In this document: one piece after another, positions 37,886-46,465 of the stretch
Layout of the letters: each line of letters begins with the position of its first letter
Position numbering within the stretch: the stretch's first letter is position 1
Assembly (NCBI GenBank): GCA_017527365.1
Contig: JAFXQD010000090.1
Location: 1,568-65,567 of the forward strand
Origin: Oscillibacter sp.
Lineage (GTDB): Bacteria; Bacillota; Clostridia; Oscillospirales; Oscillospiraceae
Length of the DNA: 64,000 nt
Direction of reading: 5' to 3'
Translations under genes and position numbers: made by a program
Notes under the pieces: generated by a model
Databases searched by the model: none
What the model saw: only the letters and a program-made list of their open reading frames with translations
Told to the model about the DNA's origin: nothing

Positions 37886-40230
37886 TTGACGCAACGAAGC
37901 AATAATTTCGGCGCGCTGTTTCTCGCCCTGCTCGCCACTCTGCTTCTAAGTTGGGTCTGGCAGTTGAACAACGCCAAGCCGGAAGTGGAGTATTCCCGTA
38001 TCCGACAGCTTTTCATGCAGGAAAAAGTCGTCTCCTTCACCGTGGAGGACAACACGCTGACCTTGCGCCTGCGGGAGGAAATCAACGGAAGCGAAGTCGT
38101 GCGCTACGACCTCTACGACTTCAACCTGTTCTACGACGACATGAACCCGCTGATTGAGGAGCAGTACGCCAAAGGCATCATCCTGAGCTATAACTACCAC
38201 CAGAACCACTCCGCCGACTGGCTCCAAATGCTTCTCCCGTGGATACTGGCGGCGGTCATGATAGCGGCGATGTGGTACTTTATGGCGGGGCGCGGGCAGA
38301 TGATGGGCGGGGGCGCCGACCGCATGGCGCGTTTCGGCGCCGCCCGCGTGCGGACGCTCTCGGAGAACGACAAGCGCGTGACGTTTGAGGATGTCGCGGG
38401 CGCCGACGAGGAAAAGGAAGAGCTGGCGGAAATCGTGGACTTCCTGAAAGACCCGGAAAAGTACGCGGAAATCGGCGCCCGCATTCCGAAAGGCGTGTTG
38501 CTGGTGGGGCCTCCGGGCACGGGCAAGACGCTGTTGGCGAAAGCCGTCGCGGGAGAGGCGCAGGTCGGCTTCCTCTCGATTTCCGGTTCCGATTTCGTGG
38601 AGCTTTACGTAGGCGTGGGCGCAAGCCGCGTGCGCGACCTCTTTGAACAGGCGAAAAAGACTTCCCCCGCCATTGTGTTCATTGACGAAATCGACGCGGT
38701 GGGGCGCCAGCGCGGCGCCGGATTGGGCGGCGGCCACGACGAGCGCGAACAAACGCTGAATCAGTTGCTTGTGGAGATGGACGGCTTTTCCTCGAATGAG
38801 GGCGTTGTCGTGCTTGCCGCCACGAACCGCGCCGACGTTCTCGACCCCGCCCTGCTCCGCCCCGGACGCTTCGACCGTCAAATCTACGTCGGGCTGCCCG
38901 ACATCCGGGGGCGGGAGGAAATTTTGCAGGTGCATTCCAAAGGGAAGCCGCTTTCGGAGGACGTGGACTTGCACAAGCTCGCGCAGGGCACGGCGGGATT
39001 CACGGGCGCGGACTTGGAGAACCTTGTGAACGAAGGCGCGTTGCTGGCGGCGCGGCAGAACCACCCTTCATTACCATGGACGACTTGAAGAGCGCGGAAA
39101 TCAAGGTTATCGCGGGGCCTGAAAAGCGTAGCCGCGTCATCCCCCAGCACGAGCGCGAGCTGACCGCGTGGCACGAGGCGGGGCACGCCGTCGTGATGTA
39201 CAGCCTGCCCGGACAGGACCCCGTGAGCCAGATTAGCATTGTCCCGCGAGGGACGGCGGGCGGCATGACGATTTCGCTTCCGGAGGAGGACCGCTCTTTC
39301 CTCTCCCGCCGCTACATGGAAGACAAGATAGTTTCCCTCTTAGGCGGGCGCGTCGCCGAACAGCTCTGCATTGGCGACATATCCACCGGAGCCAGCAACG
39401 ACCTGCAACGGGCGACCGAAATCGCCCGGAAAATGGTGGCGTCCTACGGCATGAGCGACCGCCTCGGCGCGGTGGCGTTCGACACCGGGCACGACGAGGT
39501 TTTCATAGGGCGGAGCATGGCGCAGGGGCGCGTTTATTCGGAATCCGTCGCGGCGGAGATTGACCAAGAGATTAAGTCTGTGCTCTCCAACGCTTATGCG
39601 CGTTGCGAATCCATCTTGAAGGAACACCGGGAACAACTGGACGCCGTGGCGAAGTACCTGTTGGAGCACGAGACCATGGAGCGCGAAGCCTTTGTAAGCG
39701 TCATGCAGGGCGCGGAGCCGCCCCCGGCGCCGCCGAAAGCCGCCGTCAAGCTGGAAAAGGAGGCGGCGAAAACAGAGAAAACGGAATCGGCGCAAGAGAA
39801 GCCGCAGGCGTCCGACAACAGCCGCAAAATGACCCCGGCGCTGTCGCGGATACTGAGCCGCAACGGGAAGAAACCGGATTCGGGCAAGCGCGGCGGGAAG
39901 GCTCCGGAAGGCGCGGAAAAGAAATCCGACACCCCCCCGCAGTCCGACGCGCCGGAGCCGCGAAAGGACGCCAAATCGGAGAAAGGTCAAGCCGCCCCCG
40001 CGAAGCCGCAGAAGGACGCCAAGAACGCGCCTTCCGCCGGGGCGAAGAATCCCGTAATGAACGGCAACGGAGCCGTGATTTCCAAGGGCAAGCCCGAAAA
40101 AGACGCTTCCCAAAACGCGGAGCCGCCCCAAAACGGCAAGGGCGCTTCCGCAAAGGCGGGCAAGGCGAAGGAAACCGCGTCCCGCGAACAAACGGACGCC
40201 GGGAAGGAATCCGCAACGGCGAAAAAGTGA
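37886..40230 (+). CDS. ftsH: ATP-dependent zinc metalloprotease FtsH, reading frame broken by a 1-nt shift near 39065-39067
   Basis: ORF 37886..39088 carries the TM helices, Walker [14 protein letters not shown], Walker [11 protein letters not shown] and the SRH. ORF 39076..40230 continues with ..[20 protein letters not shown] (zinc site). The two join as ..ARQNHP|FITMDDL.. only if one base is added in the CCC/TT run. TTG start with AAAGGGGGA SD. Confidence 0.9.
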
Positions 40231-40315
40231 CGAACCGCAGACGGCGCCAACCGCTCGGACGGAGGATTTTCCGCCCGAACGGTTGTATTTTTTTGCAAAA
40301 ACGCGAAATTCCCTC

Positions 40316-40346
40316 TTGACACTCCCCTTGGGGCAGGGCTTATACT
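40316..40346 (+). promoter_or_regulatory. MerR-type promoter with a 19-bp spacer
   Basis: TTGACA, then CTCCCCTTGGGGCAGGGCT (19 nt, containing a CCCC-TT-GGGG dyad), then TATACT. It lies 40 nt upstream of the MerR-family gene. Confidence 0.55.
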
Positions 40347-40385
40347 GTGCTCACATCCGGATGAGACAGGAAAGGGGGCGGGCGC

Positions 40386-41189
40386 GTGTACCAAATCGGC
40401 GAGTTCTCTAAAATCTGCCAAGTGAGCGTCAAGACGTTGCGCTACTATGACGGCATAGGGTTGCTCAAGCCGTCGTCGGTGGACCGCTTCACGGGCTACC
40501 GCTATTACGACCGCTCCCAACTGGAAAGAATGCTCCTGATTCAGAAGTTGAAGCGCTACGGTTTCCCGCTGGAAGAAATCGGGGCGTTGCTGTCGGGCGG
40601 CGAGGGCGCCTTCCGCCGCGCATTGCGGCGCCAGCGCGACAAGTTGGAAGCCCAGCGCGTGGAACTGGAAACCATCCTGCAGGAGCTGGACGCGCAAGCG
40701 CAAGCGTTTGAAAGGACGGGCAATATCATGGACATTTCCAACGGATACGAAATCAAACTGACGGAGACGGAGCCTGTCGCGGTGTTCTCCCTGCGAAAGC
40801 GCATGGGCGCGGAGGACTACGGCAAATACTTCTCCGAGCTCTACGAGCGCATTGCCAAAGAGGGCTTGACCCCCGGCGGCGTCACGGGCGCGATGTACCA
40901 CGAGGAGGAGTACGACCGCGAATCGTCGGAGATTGAGCTGTTTGTGAGCGTGCGGGAGACGGAGCGCGCCGACAAGACGCTGGAGCCGCGCCTGTGCGCG
41001 ACGACCGTCCACAAGGGCGCGTACTCCACGCTCAACGAGGCTTACGCCGCGCTCGTGTCGTGGATTGAGGAGAACGGCTACGAGCGCGACGGGGCGCCTT
41101 ATGACGTTTACAGGCAGGGCGCGTGGAGCAACCTTGCCCCCAAGGACTGGGAGACGGAAATTTATTTTCCCGTCCGCAAAAAGGCGTAA
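40386..41189 (+). CDS. MerR family transcriptional regulator with a GyrI-like effector-binding domain (BmrR-like)
   Basis: N-terminal MerR HTH (YQIGEFSKICQVSVKTLRYYDGIGLLKP..TGYRYY), a coiled-coil linker and a C-terminal GyrI-like domain. GTG start. Confidence 0.8.
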   Translation: MYQIGEFSKICQVSVKTLRYYDGIGLLKPSSVDRFTGYRYYDRSQLERMLLIQKLKRYGFPLEEIGALLSGGEGAFRRALRRQRDKLEAQRVELETILQELDAQAQAFERTGNIMDISNGYEIKLTETEPVAVFSLRKRMGAEDYGKYFSELYERIAKEGLTPGGVTGAMYHEEEYDRESSEIELFVSVRETERADKTLEPRLCATTVHKGAYSTLNEAYAALVSWIEENGYERDGAPYDVYRQGAWSNLAPKDWETEIYFPVRKKA

Positions 41190-41243
41190 TCGGCGTTACG
41201 ACGCGCTTTCGGAGGGCAGTCTAAAACCTTGCGACACGGAACA

Positions 41244-41277
41244 AGCCGCCCGGATTTCTCCGGGCGGCTCCCTTTTA
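41244..41277 (+). terminator. intrinsic terminator after the MerR-family gene
   Basis: Stem AGCCGCCCGGA/TCCGGGCGGCT with loop TTTC, followed by CCCTTTTAG. Confidence 0.6.
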
Positions 41278-41342
41278 GTCTCGAATGGCGGAGTTTGTCG
41301 AACGGCGTCAAAAAAAATTCGGGAAAATTTCCCCGGAAAGGC

Positions 41343-41371
41343 TTGCAAAACGTCGGAAGGCGTGGTATGAT
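41343..41371 (+). promoter_or_regulatory. extended -10 promoter
   Basis: TTGCAA, a 17-nt spacer, then TGgTATGAT. It precedes a leader of about 350 nt upstream of the ORF at 41721. Confidence 0.45.
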
Positions 41372-41720
41372 AAGGGAAAGAAGCGCAAAAGCGGCAAGCC
41401 GTGAAGTGTGACCAGCACCCCACGGCTCCATGAAGAGTGAAGAGAGCACTCAACACGGCATTAAATTGCGCCACGCCCTATTATACCCGTTTCCCGCGCT
41501 TATACAAGCGGGGGATGGGTTAAGAAGTCGTGTGTTCGCCGTTGATTTTATCAAGGCGGTGTTGGGTTCAGAACTCAACGCCGCCTTTTGCGCTTCTGAG
41601 GGAGGCTTGCGGGGCGCGGGCTTTTTGAACGCGTCCCCGCACGGCCTGCCCGTCAGAAGCATTGGAAACTGGAAGGAAAGGAGGATTTGCTTTATCCCTA
41701 TCACTGGAAGTGAGAATAAA

Positions 41721-42119
41721 ATGAACATAGAAACGACAAACGCGCCGAAGCTCCATTGTCCCTATTGTGGCGGGCGTCAGCTTCAAGCGGTGACAAACAT
41801 CACGCGTTACTGGTGCTGTGCGGACTGTGGAAATACGTTTCCGTTCCCGCAAGACCTGCAAGAGCGGGCAAACTTCTTTGAACAAAACGCGAAGGATGCC
41901 AAAAAGGTAGCTAATCTCTGTTGGATTTTGGGCGCAGTTCTTTTCACGTTATGCACTGCCAGCAATAACATAGCTATCCTTTTGATAACGGGGGTGCCAA
42001 TAGCATTGTTATGGCTGATAGCCGCTCTTTACACTTTTTGGCTGTCGCCTTCTCAACTGAAGGACGCTGAAAAACTCCGCGTGGAATACGAGGACTTGAT
42101 TTCCAAGTGCATGGAATAG
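41721..42119 (+). CDS. hypothetical zinc-ribbon membrane protein
   Basis: CPYCG..17 aa..CADCG zinc ribbon, then two hydrophobic helices. Codon usage is visibly A/T-richer than the surrounding core genes. The start is the ATG at 41721 (weak SD). Confidence 0.45.
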   Translation: MNIETTNAPKLHCPYCGGRQLQAVTNITRYWCCADCGNTFPFPQDLQERANFFEQNAKDAKKVANLCWILGAVLFTLCTASNNIAILLITGVPIALLWLIAALYTFWLSPSQLKDAEKLRVEYEDLISKCME

Positions 42120-42147
42120 CGGCGCCGTTTCCGAGAAACAGCGAACC

Positions 42148-42180
42148 AAAACAGGACGGGAAACCCCGTCCTGTTTTTTA
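42148..42180 (+). terminator. intrinsic terminator
   Basis: Stem ACAGGACGGG/CCCGTCCTGT with loop AAAC, followed by TTTTTT. Confidence 0.75.
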
Positions 42181-42240
42181 ATAGCGCGTATCGTCAGAGA
42201 GGGGCGGGAAAGCCGTCCCGCGCTTGCGTTTTGTTGCGGA

Positions 42241-42415
42241 TTATTCCCGGTCGGCGCGGGCTTCGTAGCAGTCGATAACCTCGTCGGTCATGTTGCCGTC
42301 GCCGCCCATGCGCCCGTCAAGGCGCATGGGCGCCATTGCGATTCGGTTCTTGATTTTGCACCTTCCAATCTGGAAAGGCTTGAACAGTTCGGGGTAGCGC
42401 GCCGCCGTTTTACAT
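42241..42415 (-). pseudogene. remnant of an Old Yellow Enzyme / NADH:flavin oxidoreductase gene (N-terminal ~55 codons only)
   Basis: The minus-strand frame reads ..KTAARYPELFKPFQIGRCKIKNRIAMAPMRLDG..MTDEVIDCYEARADRE*. LFxPxxIGxxxLKNRIxMAPM is the OYE N-terminal signature. The SD-linked ATG (42415) is out of frame by 1 nt (ATG-T-AAA). The remaining ~300 codons are absent. Confidence 0.6.
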
Positions 42416-42556
42416 GCCTCCTCAGTTCCGCAAGACAGTTCCTGTTTCCTTCGGAAAACATGCCTTTTTCACTATAGCATAGCGAAAGCGGCGGCGCAAT
42501 ATACAGAATTTGGTTTTTGGCAAAAATCATTACAAAAAGATAATATGTATAAGGTA

Positions 42557-42585
42557 TTGACGAAATTTCGCGGTTGCGCTATACT
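42557..42585 (+). promoter_or_regulatory. promoter of the TetR-family gene
   Basis: TTGACG, a 17-nt spacer, then TATACT, about 22 nt upstream of the ATG at 42607. Confidence 0.5.
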
Positions 42586-42606
42586 GCCGGGAAGGGAGAT
42601 GATACT

Positions 42607-43170
42607 ATGGGGTTACGGGACTATACGAAAAAAATCTTTGCCGACACCATGCAGGACATGATGCGCACGACGCCGCTTCAAAAGATACGGGTGAAGGACT
42701 TGTGCCGGAACTGCGGCGCGGAGCGTCAGAGTTTCTATTATCATTTCAAGGACAAGTACGATTTGGTCGCGTGGATTTTCATGCAGGATTATCAAACCGC
42801 GCTGGCAGGCGAAAACGGCGCGTATGGCGTCGAACACGCCGCCCGTATGCTGCGCCGCATGAAGGAAAAGAGCGGATTTTACAAAAAGGCGTTCGCGGAC
42901 TGCTCGCAAAACGCGGTTTGGCAATATATTGTGTAGTATTTCACCAAGACGGGGGAAGAGTTTGTTGTCCGGGAACTTGGGGAAACCGCGCTGACCGTTG
43001 AGGCCAAGTTCGCAATCAAAAGCCACTCCTTCGCGTGCATGGGGCACACGGCGGAATGGCTGGAAGGGAAATCCGATTACACGCTGGAAGAGTTCGCCCG
43101 CTTGCAGTATCAGATTATGCCGGAACTTCTGAAACGCGCCTACGGCATTCCGACAAGCGCCGACGACTGA
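42607..43170 (+). pseudogene. TetR family transcriptional regulator interrupted by an in-frame TAG at 42934-42936
   Basis: N-terminal TetR HTH (IRVKDLCRNCGAERQSFYYHFKDKYDLVAWIF). After the TAG the same frame stays open for 77 more codons (YFTKTGEEFVVRELGE...AYGIPTSADD*) to the TGA at 43168-43170. Total length is typical for TetR. Confidence 0.65.
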
Positions 43171-43570
43171 TTATAACGTCCTCTTGTTCCGGCGTATCGC
43201 CGCGTTCAATCTCGTCGTCCAACGCCGCGAGGATTCCGCTTTTCTGTTTCAGGAAATTCGACCCCGTCAGATTGGCGGCTACAGCAATGTCGCAATCGCG
43301 CAGGAAAAGGCCAGTCCCGCCGAAACCGAAGTCTTCCTGAAGCAAAAGGCGCAAACCGTCAACGCGCTCAAAGTGACCCGCCAAAAGCAAGCCCTCACGA
43401 ACAGTCAAACCGCGCTCAAATCGGCGCAAGCCGAGTTTTTTTCTTTGCTTTGCAATTTCAACTCCACAGGTCAAAAAAATTTTTTCGCAATCCGTATTTT
43501 CCGCTTTTGTTTTTCCCGCCCTTGTGGTATAATGCGGGAAACGACAGTCCGGAGAAAGGAACGCAACCCC

Positions 43571-45502
43571 ATGGAAAGCAATCAAACCGCGCCCGCGTCC
43601 GCTTACGACGCGTCGGAAATTCAAGTCTTGGAAGGGCTGGAAGCCGTCCGCAAGCGCCCCGGCATGTATATCGGCACCACGTCCTCCGCCGGCCTGCACC
43701 ATCTGGTCTATGAAATCGTGGACAACTGCGTGGACGAAGCCCTCGCCGGGTTCTGCACCGACATCCGCGTGCAAATCAACGAGGGCGACACGATTACCGT
43801 CGCCGACAACGGGCGCGGGATACCCGTGGACATCCAAGCCCAGACAGGCCGCCCCGCGCTGGAAGTCGTGTACACCGTGCTCCATGCGGGCGGGAAGTTC
43901 GGCGGCGGCGGCTACAAGGTCTCCGGAGGGCTCCACGGCGTCGGCGCGTCCGTCGTCAACGCCCTCTCCGAGTGGCTCACCGTGCAAGTCCGCCGCGATG
44001 GGAAAATCTATGAAATGAAATTCGCCAGAGGCGAAGTCACGGAGCCCATGACGGTCGTCGGCGACGCCGACGACACCGGGACGACCGTCACTTTCAAGCC
44101 CGACCCGCTCATTTTCGAGGACACCGCATACGACTACGACACGCTCCGCACGCGCCTGCGCGAGGAGGCGTTCCTGACCGCCGGGCTTCACATCACCGTC
44201 GCCGACGCCCGCCCCGGACAGGAGCGGGAACGCTCCATGCAGTACGACGGCGGAATCCGCGAGTTCGTCGCGTGGCTGAACAAGAACCGCGAGCCCATCC
44301 ACCCCGAAGTCATCTACATGACCGCACGGCGCGGGGATTCCGTCGCGGAAATCGCCATGCAGTACAACGACGGCTACAACGAGACTATCTTTTCGTTCGC
44401 CAACAACGTGCACACCCCCGAAGGCGGTATGCACGAGGAGGGCTTCAAGCGCGCTTTAACGTCCGTCCTGAACGCCTACGGGCACAAGATGAAGCTCTTG
44501 AAGGACGACGAGAAAGTGTCCGGCGAGGACTGCCGCGAGGGTTTGACTTGCGTCATCTCCGTGAAGCTCACGGAAGCGCAGTTCGAGGGGCAGACCAAAG
44601 CCAAACTGGGCAACTCCGAAATCAGAACGTTAGTGAACGCCATGGTTTCCGAAAAGCTGGAGACGTTCCTTGAGGAAAACCCCCAGACCGCCCGCGCCAT
44701 CGTCGACAAAGCCATGACCGCCAGCCGCGCCCGCGAAGCCGCCAAGAAAGCCCGCGAATCCATCCGCCGCAAGACCGGGCTTGAATCCGGGCAAATGCCC
44801 GACAAGCTCCAAGACTGCAACGAGCGCGACCCGTCCCTGTGCGAAATCTATATTGTCGAGGGCGATTCCGCCGCCGGCTCCGCCATTCAGGGGCGCGACT
44901 CCCGCTTTCAGGCGATTTTGTCCATGTGGGGCAAAATGCTCAACGTCGAGAAAGCCCGCGCCGACAAAATCTACGGCAACGACAAGCTATACCCCATGAT
45001 TGTCGCCCTCGGCGCGGGTATCGGCAACGAGTTCAACATTGACAAGCTCCGCTACCACAAAATCATCATCATGGCGGACGCCGACGTGGACGGCGCCCAC
45101 ATCCGCACCTTGCTTTTGACCTTCTTCTTCCGCTACATGCGCCCGCTTATCGAGCGCGGCTACGTCTACTCCGCCGTGCCGCCGCTCTACAAGCTCACAC
45201 GCGGAAAAACCGTGCGCGTCGCCTACTCCGACGCCGAGCGCGACCGCGTTTCCGCCGAAATGCGCGGCGGCAACCCCAACGTCAAAGTGGAAATCAACCG
45301 CTTCAAGGGGCTGGGCGAAATGGACCCCCACGAGCTCTGGGAAACCACCATGGACCCGTCCAAGCGCTCCCTGCGCCGCATTACCCTTGACGACGCCGTC
45401 CGCGCCGACGAGGTGTTTACCATCCTCATGGGCGAGCAGGTCGAGCCGCGCAAGGAGTGGATTGAGCGCAACGCCATGTACGCCGTCAACATCGACATCT
45501 GA
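43571..45502 (+). CDS. gyrB: DNA gyrase subunit B
   Basis: Motifs YDASEIQVLEGLEAVRKRPGMYIG, GHKL ATPase, Toprim EIYIVEGDSAGGS-type and PLKGKMLNV-like. The ATG at 43571 has a GGAGAAAGGA SD. An extended -10 (TGgTATAAT, 43525-43533) lies upstream. Confidence 0.95.
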   Translation: MESNQTAPASAYDASEIQVLEGLEAVRKRPGMYIGTTSSAGLHHLVYEIVDNCVDEALAGFCTDIRVQINEGDTITVADNGRGIPVDIQAQTGRPALEVVYTVLHAGGKFGGGGYKVSGGLHGVGASVVNALSEWLTVQVRRDGKIYEMKFARGEVTEPMTVVGDADDTGTTVTFKPDPLIFEDTAYDYDTLRTRLREEAFLTAGLHITVADARPGQERERSMQYDGGIREFVAWLNKNREPIHPEVIYMTARRGDSVAEIAMQYNDGYNETIFSFANNVHTPEGGMHEEGFKRALTSVLNAYGHKMKLLKDDEKVSGEDCREGLTCVISVKLTEAQFEGQTKAKLGNSEIRTLVNAMVSEKLETFLEENPQTARAIVDKAMTASRAREAAKKARESIRRKTGLESGQMPDKLQDCNERDPSLCEIYIVEGDSAAGSAIQGRDSRFQAILSMWGKMLNVEKARADKIYGNDKLYPMIVALGAGIGNEFNIDKLRYHKIIIMADADVDGAHIRTLLLTFFFRYMRPLIERGYVYSAVPPLYKLTRGKTVRVAYSDAERDRVSAEMRGGNPNVKVEINRFKGLGEMDPHELWETTMDPSKRSLRRITLDDAVRADEVFTILMGEQVEPRKEWIERNAMYAVNIDI

Positions 45503-45640
45503 GCCAATGCCGCAAACTTTAGCGAAAAACCCCCTTTGTCGTTGCGCGACATCTCCCCCAAAGGGGGAGACACAGAGACGAAAAGCTCACAAAAAAGCGT
45601 TCCCCCTCCCCTTTGGGGGTGGGGGCAGGGGGAGGGGTTT
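45503..45640 (+). repeat. structured intergenic repeat, copy 3
   Basis: Starts at the base after the gyrB stop. Degenerate left terminus (GCCAATGCCGCAAACTTTAGCGAAAAACCCCC) plus the conserved core with both hairpins. Confidence 0.85.
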
Positions 45641-45740
45641 CAGCAAACCATATCTCCGCGGTGTTTGGAACGTTCGCGGGGACGCGCCCGCATTCCGCGC
45701 CCCGGCGCGGTTCGCATATTCTTTTCGGGAGGTTTTTACC

Positions 45741-46103
45741 ATGAAAATCAATCTTTCCTTGTCGCACATCCTCTGCGGAATTTTCGGCTTCCTGCTGGGG
45801 AGCGCCGGAGGCGGCGCCGCCGCTTACGGAGCCAAAAAGCGCAAACCGCTTTCGTTCTGCTTGGGGCTGTTCTTCTCCCTGATTGGCGCCGCCGTCGTGT
45901 TCATGTCCCTGATTGACGCCGCCGTCGAGGAGGAGGGCGAGGAGGGCGACGAAGAATCCGGAGAGGGCGCCGCCGAAGCCGCCGAAGTCGTGAAAGAAGC
46001 CGTCAAGGAAGTCAAAGAGGCGGTGGCGGACGCCGCCGAAGCCGCCGAGGAAGCCGTCGAAGGCGCGGAAGAGGAATCCGGCAAGCCGAAGGAGGAGGCG
46101 TGA
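45741..46103 (+). CDS. hypothetical small membrane protein with an acidic Glu/Ala-rich tail
   Basis: GGGAGG SD. Two hydrophobic segments followed by ..EEEGEEGDEESGEGAAEAAEVVKEAVKEVKEAV... Confidence 0.4.
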   Translation: MKINLSLSHILCGIFGFLLGSAGGGAAAYGAKKRKPLSFCLGLFFSLIGAAVVFMSLIDAAVEEEGEEGDEESGEGAAEAAEVVKEAVKEVKEAVADAAEAAEEAVEGAEEESGKPKEEA

Positions 46104-46405
46104 TGAATCTCGTGAAAGTGCCGCTGGAGGCGTCGCGGGATTTCGTCGGGCGGATGTTCCGAACCGCCGCCAACGCCGAGCGGGAGCGCGTCAAGGTCGA
46201 AGTCGCCCGGAGAATCCGCCCGGCGGCGGCGTTCGGCGTCGCGGAGGGCGTTTTGGGCGTCGCCACGCTCTGTTCCGCGATTTCCCGCAAAAGCTGGCTG
46301 TCCTACGCCATGGGCGCGACGCTCTTTGCCGTCGCCTGCGGCCACGCCTACCTCGACATCCGCGAACAAAAAATCTTGGATTTGCTGTCGGAAAAATTAT
46401 CCTGA
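46100..46405 (+). CDS. hypothetical small membrane protein
   Basis: ATGA overlap with the preceding ORF. 101 aa with two hydrophobic segments. Confidence 0.4.
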   Translation: MMNLVKVPLEASRDFVGRMFRTAANAERERVKVEVARRIRPAAAFGVAEGVLGVATLCSAISRKSWLSYAMGATLFAVACGHAYLDIREQKILDLLSEKLS

Positions 46406-46465
46406 CGCGCCGCCCCTCCCCGGCGGGGAGGGCGGGAATCGGAATCATCGTAAGGAGCAAACGCA

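Noticed and set aside
42288-42530. 80-aa minus-strand ORF from the track
   Set aside because: It has no SD and an implausible sequence. A different frame of the same DNA encodes the recognisable OYE N-terminal remnant reported as a pseudogene.
42934-42936. In-frame TAG in the TetR gene as pyrrolysine or programmed read-through
   Set aside because: No pyl genes, methyltransferase context or read-through signals are visible. The neighbouring gene is also decayed, so a nonsense mutation (or a base-call error) is the simpler explanation.
43115-43570. Possible gene in the 400-nt gyrB upstream region: the minus-strand frame gives ..GLLLAGHFERVDGLRLLLQEDFGFGGTGLFLRDCDIAVAANLTGSNFLKQKSGILAALDDEIERGDTPEQED..
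   Set aside because: The peptide looks protein-like. However, I found no start codon with an SD, I recognise no domain, and the frame is simply the tail of a long shadow ORF antisense to gyrB. It could be a gene remnant. BLASTX/tBLASTN of 43170-43480 would settle it. The plus-strand extension of the gyrB ORF (43184-43570) is also rejected, because the conserved GyrB N-terminus and SD are at 43571.
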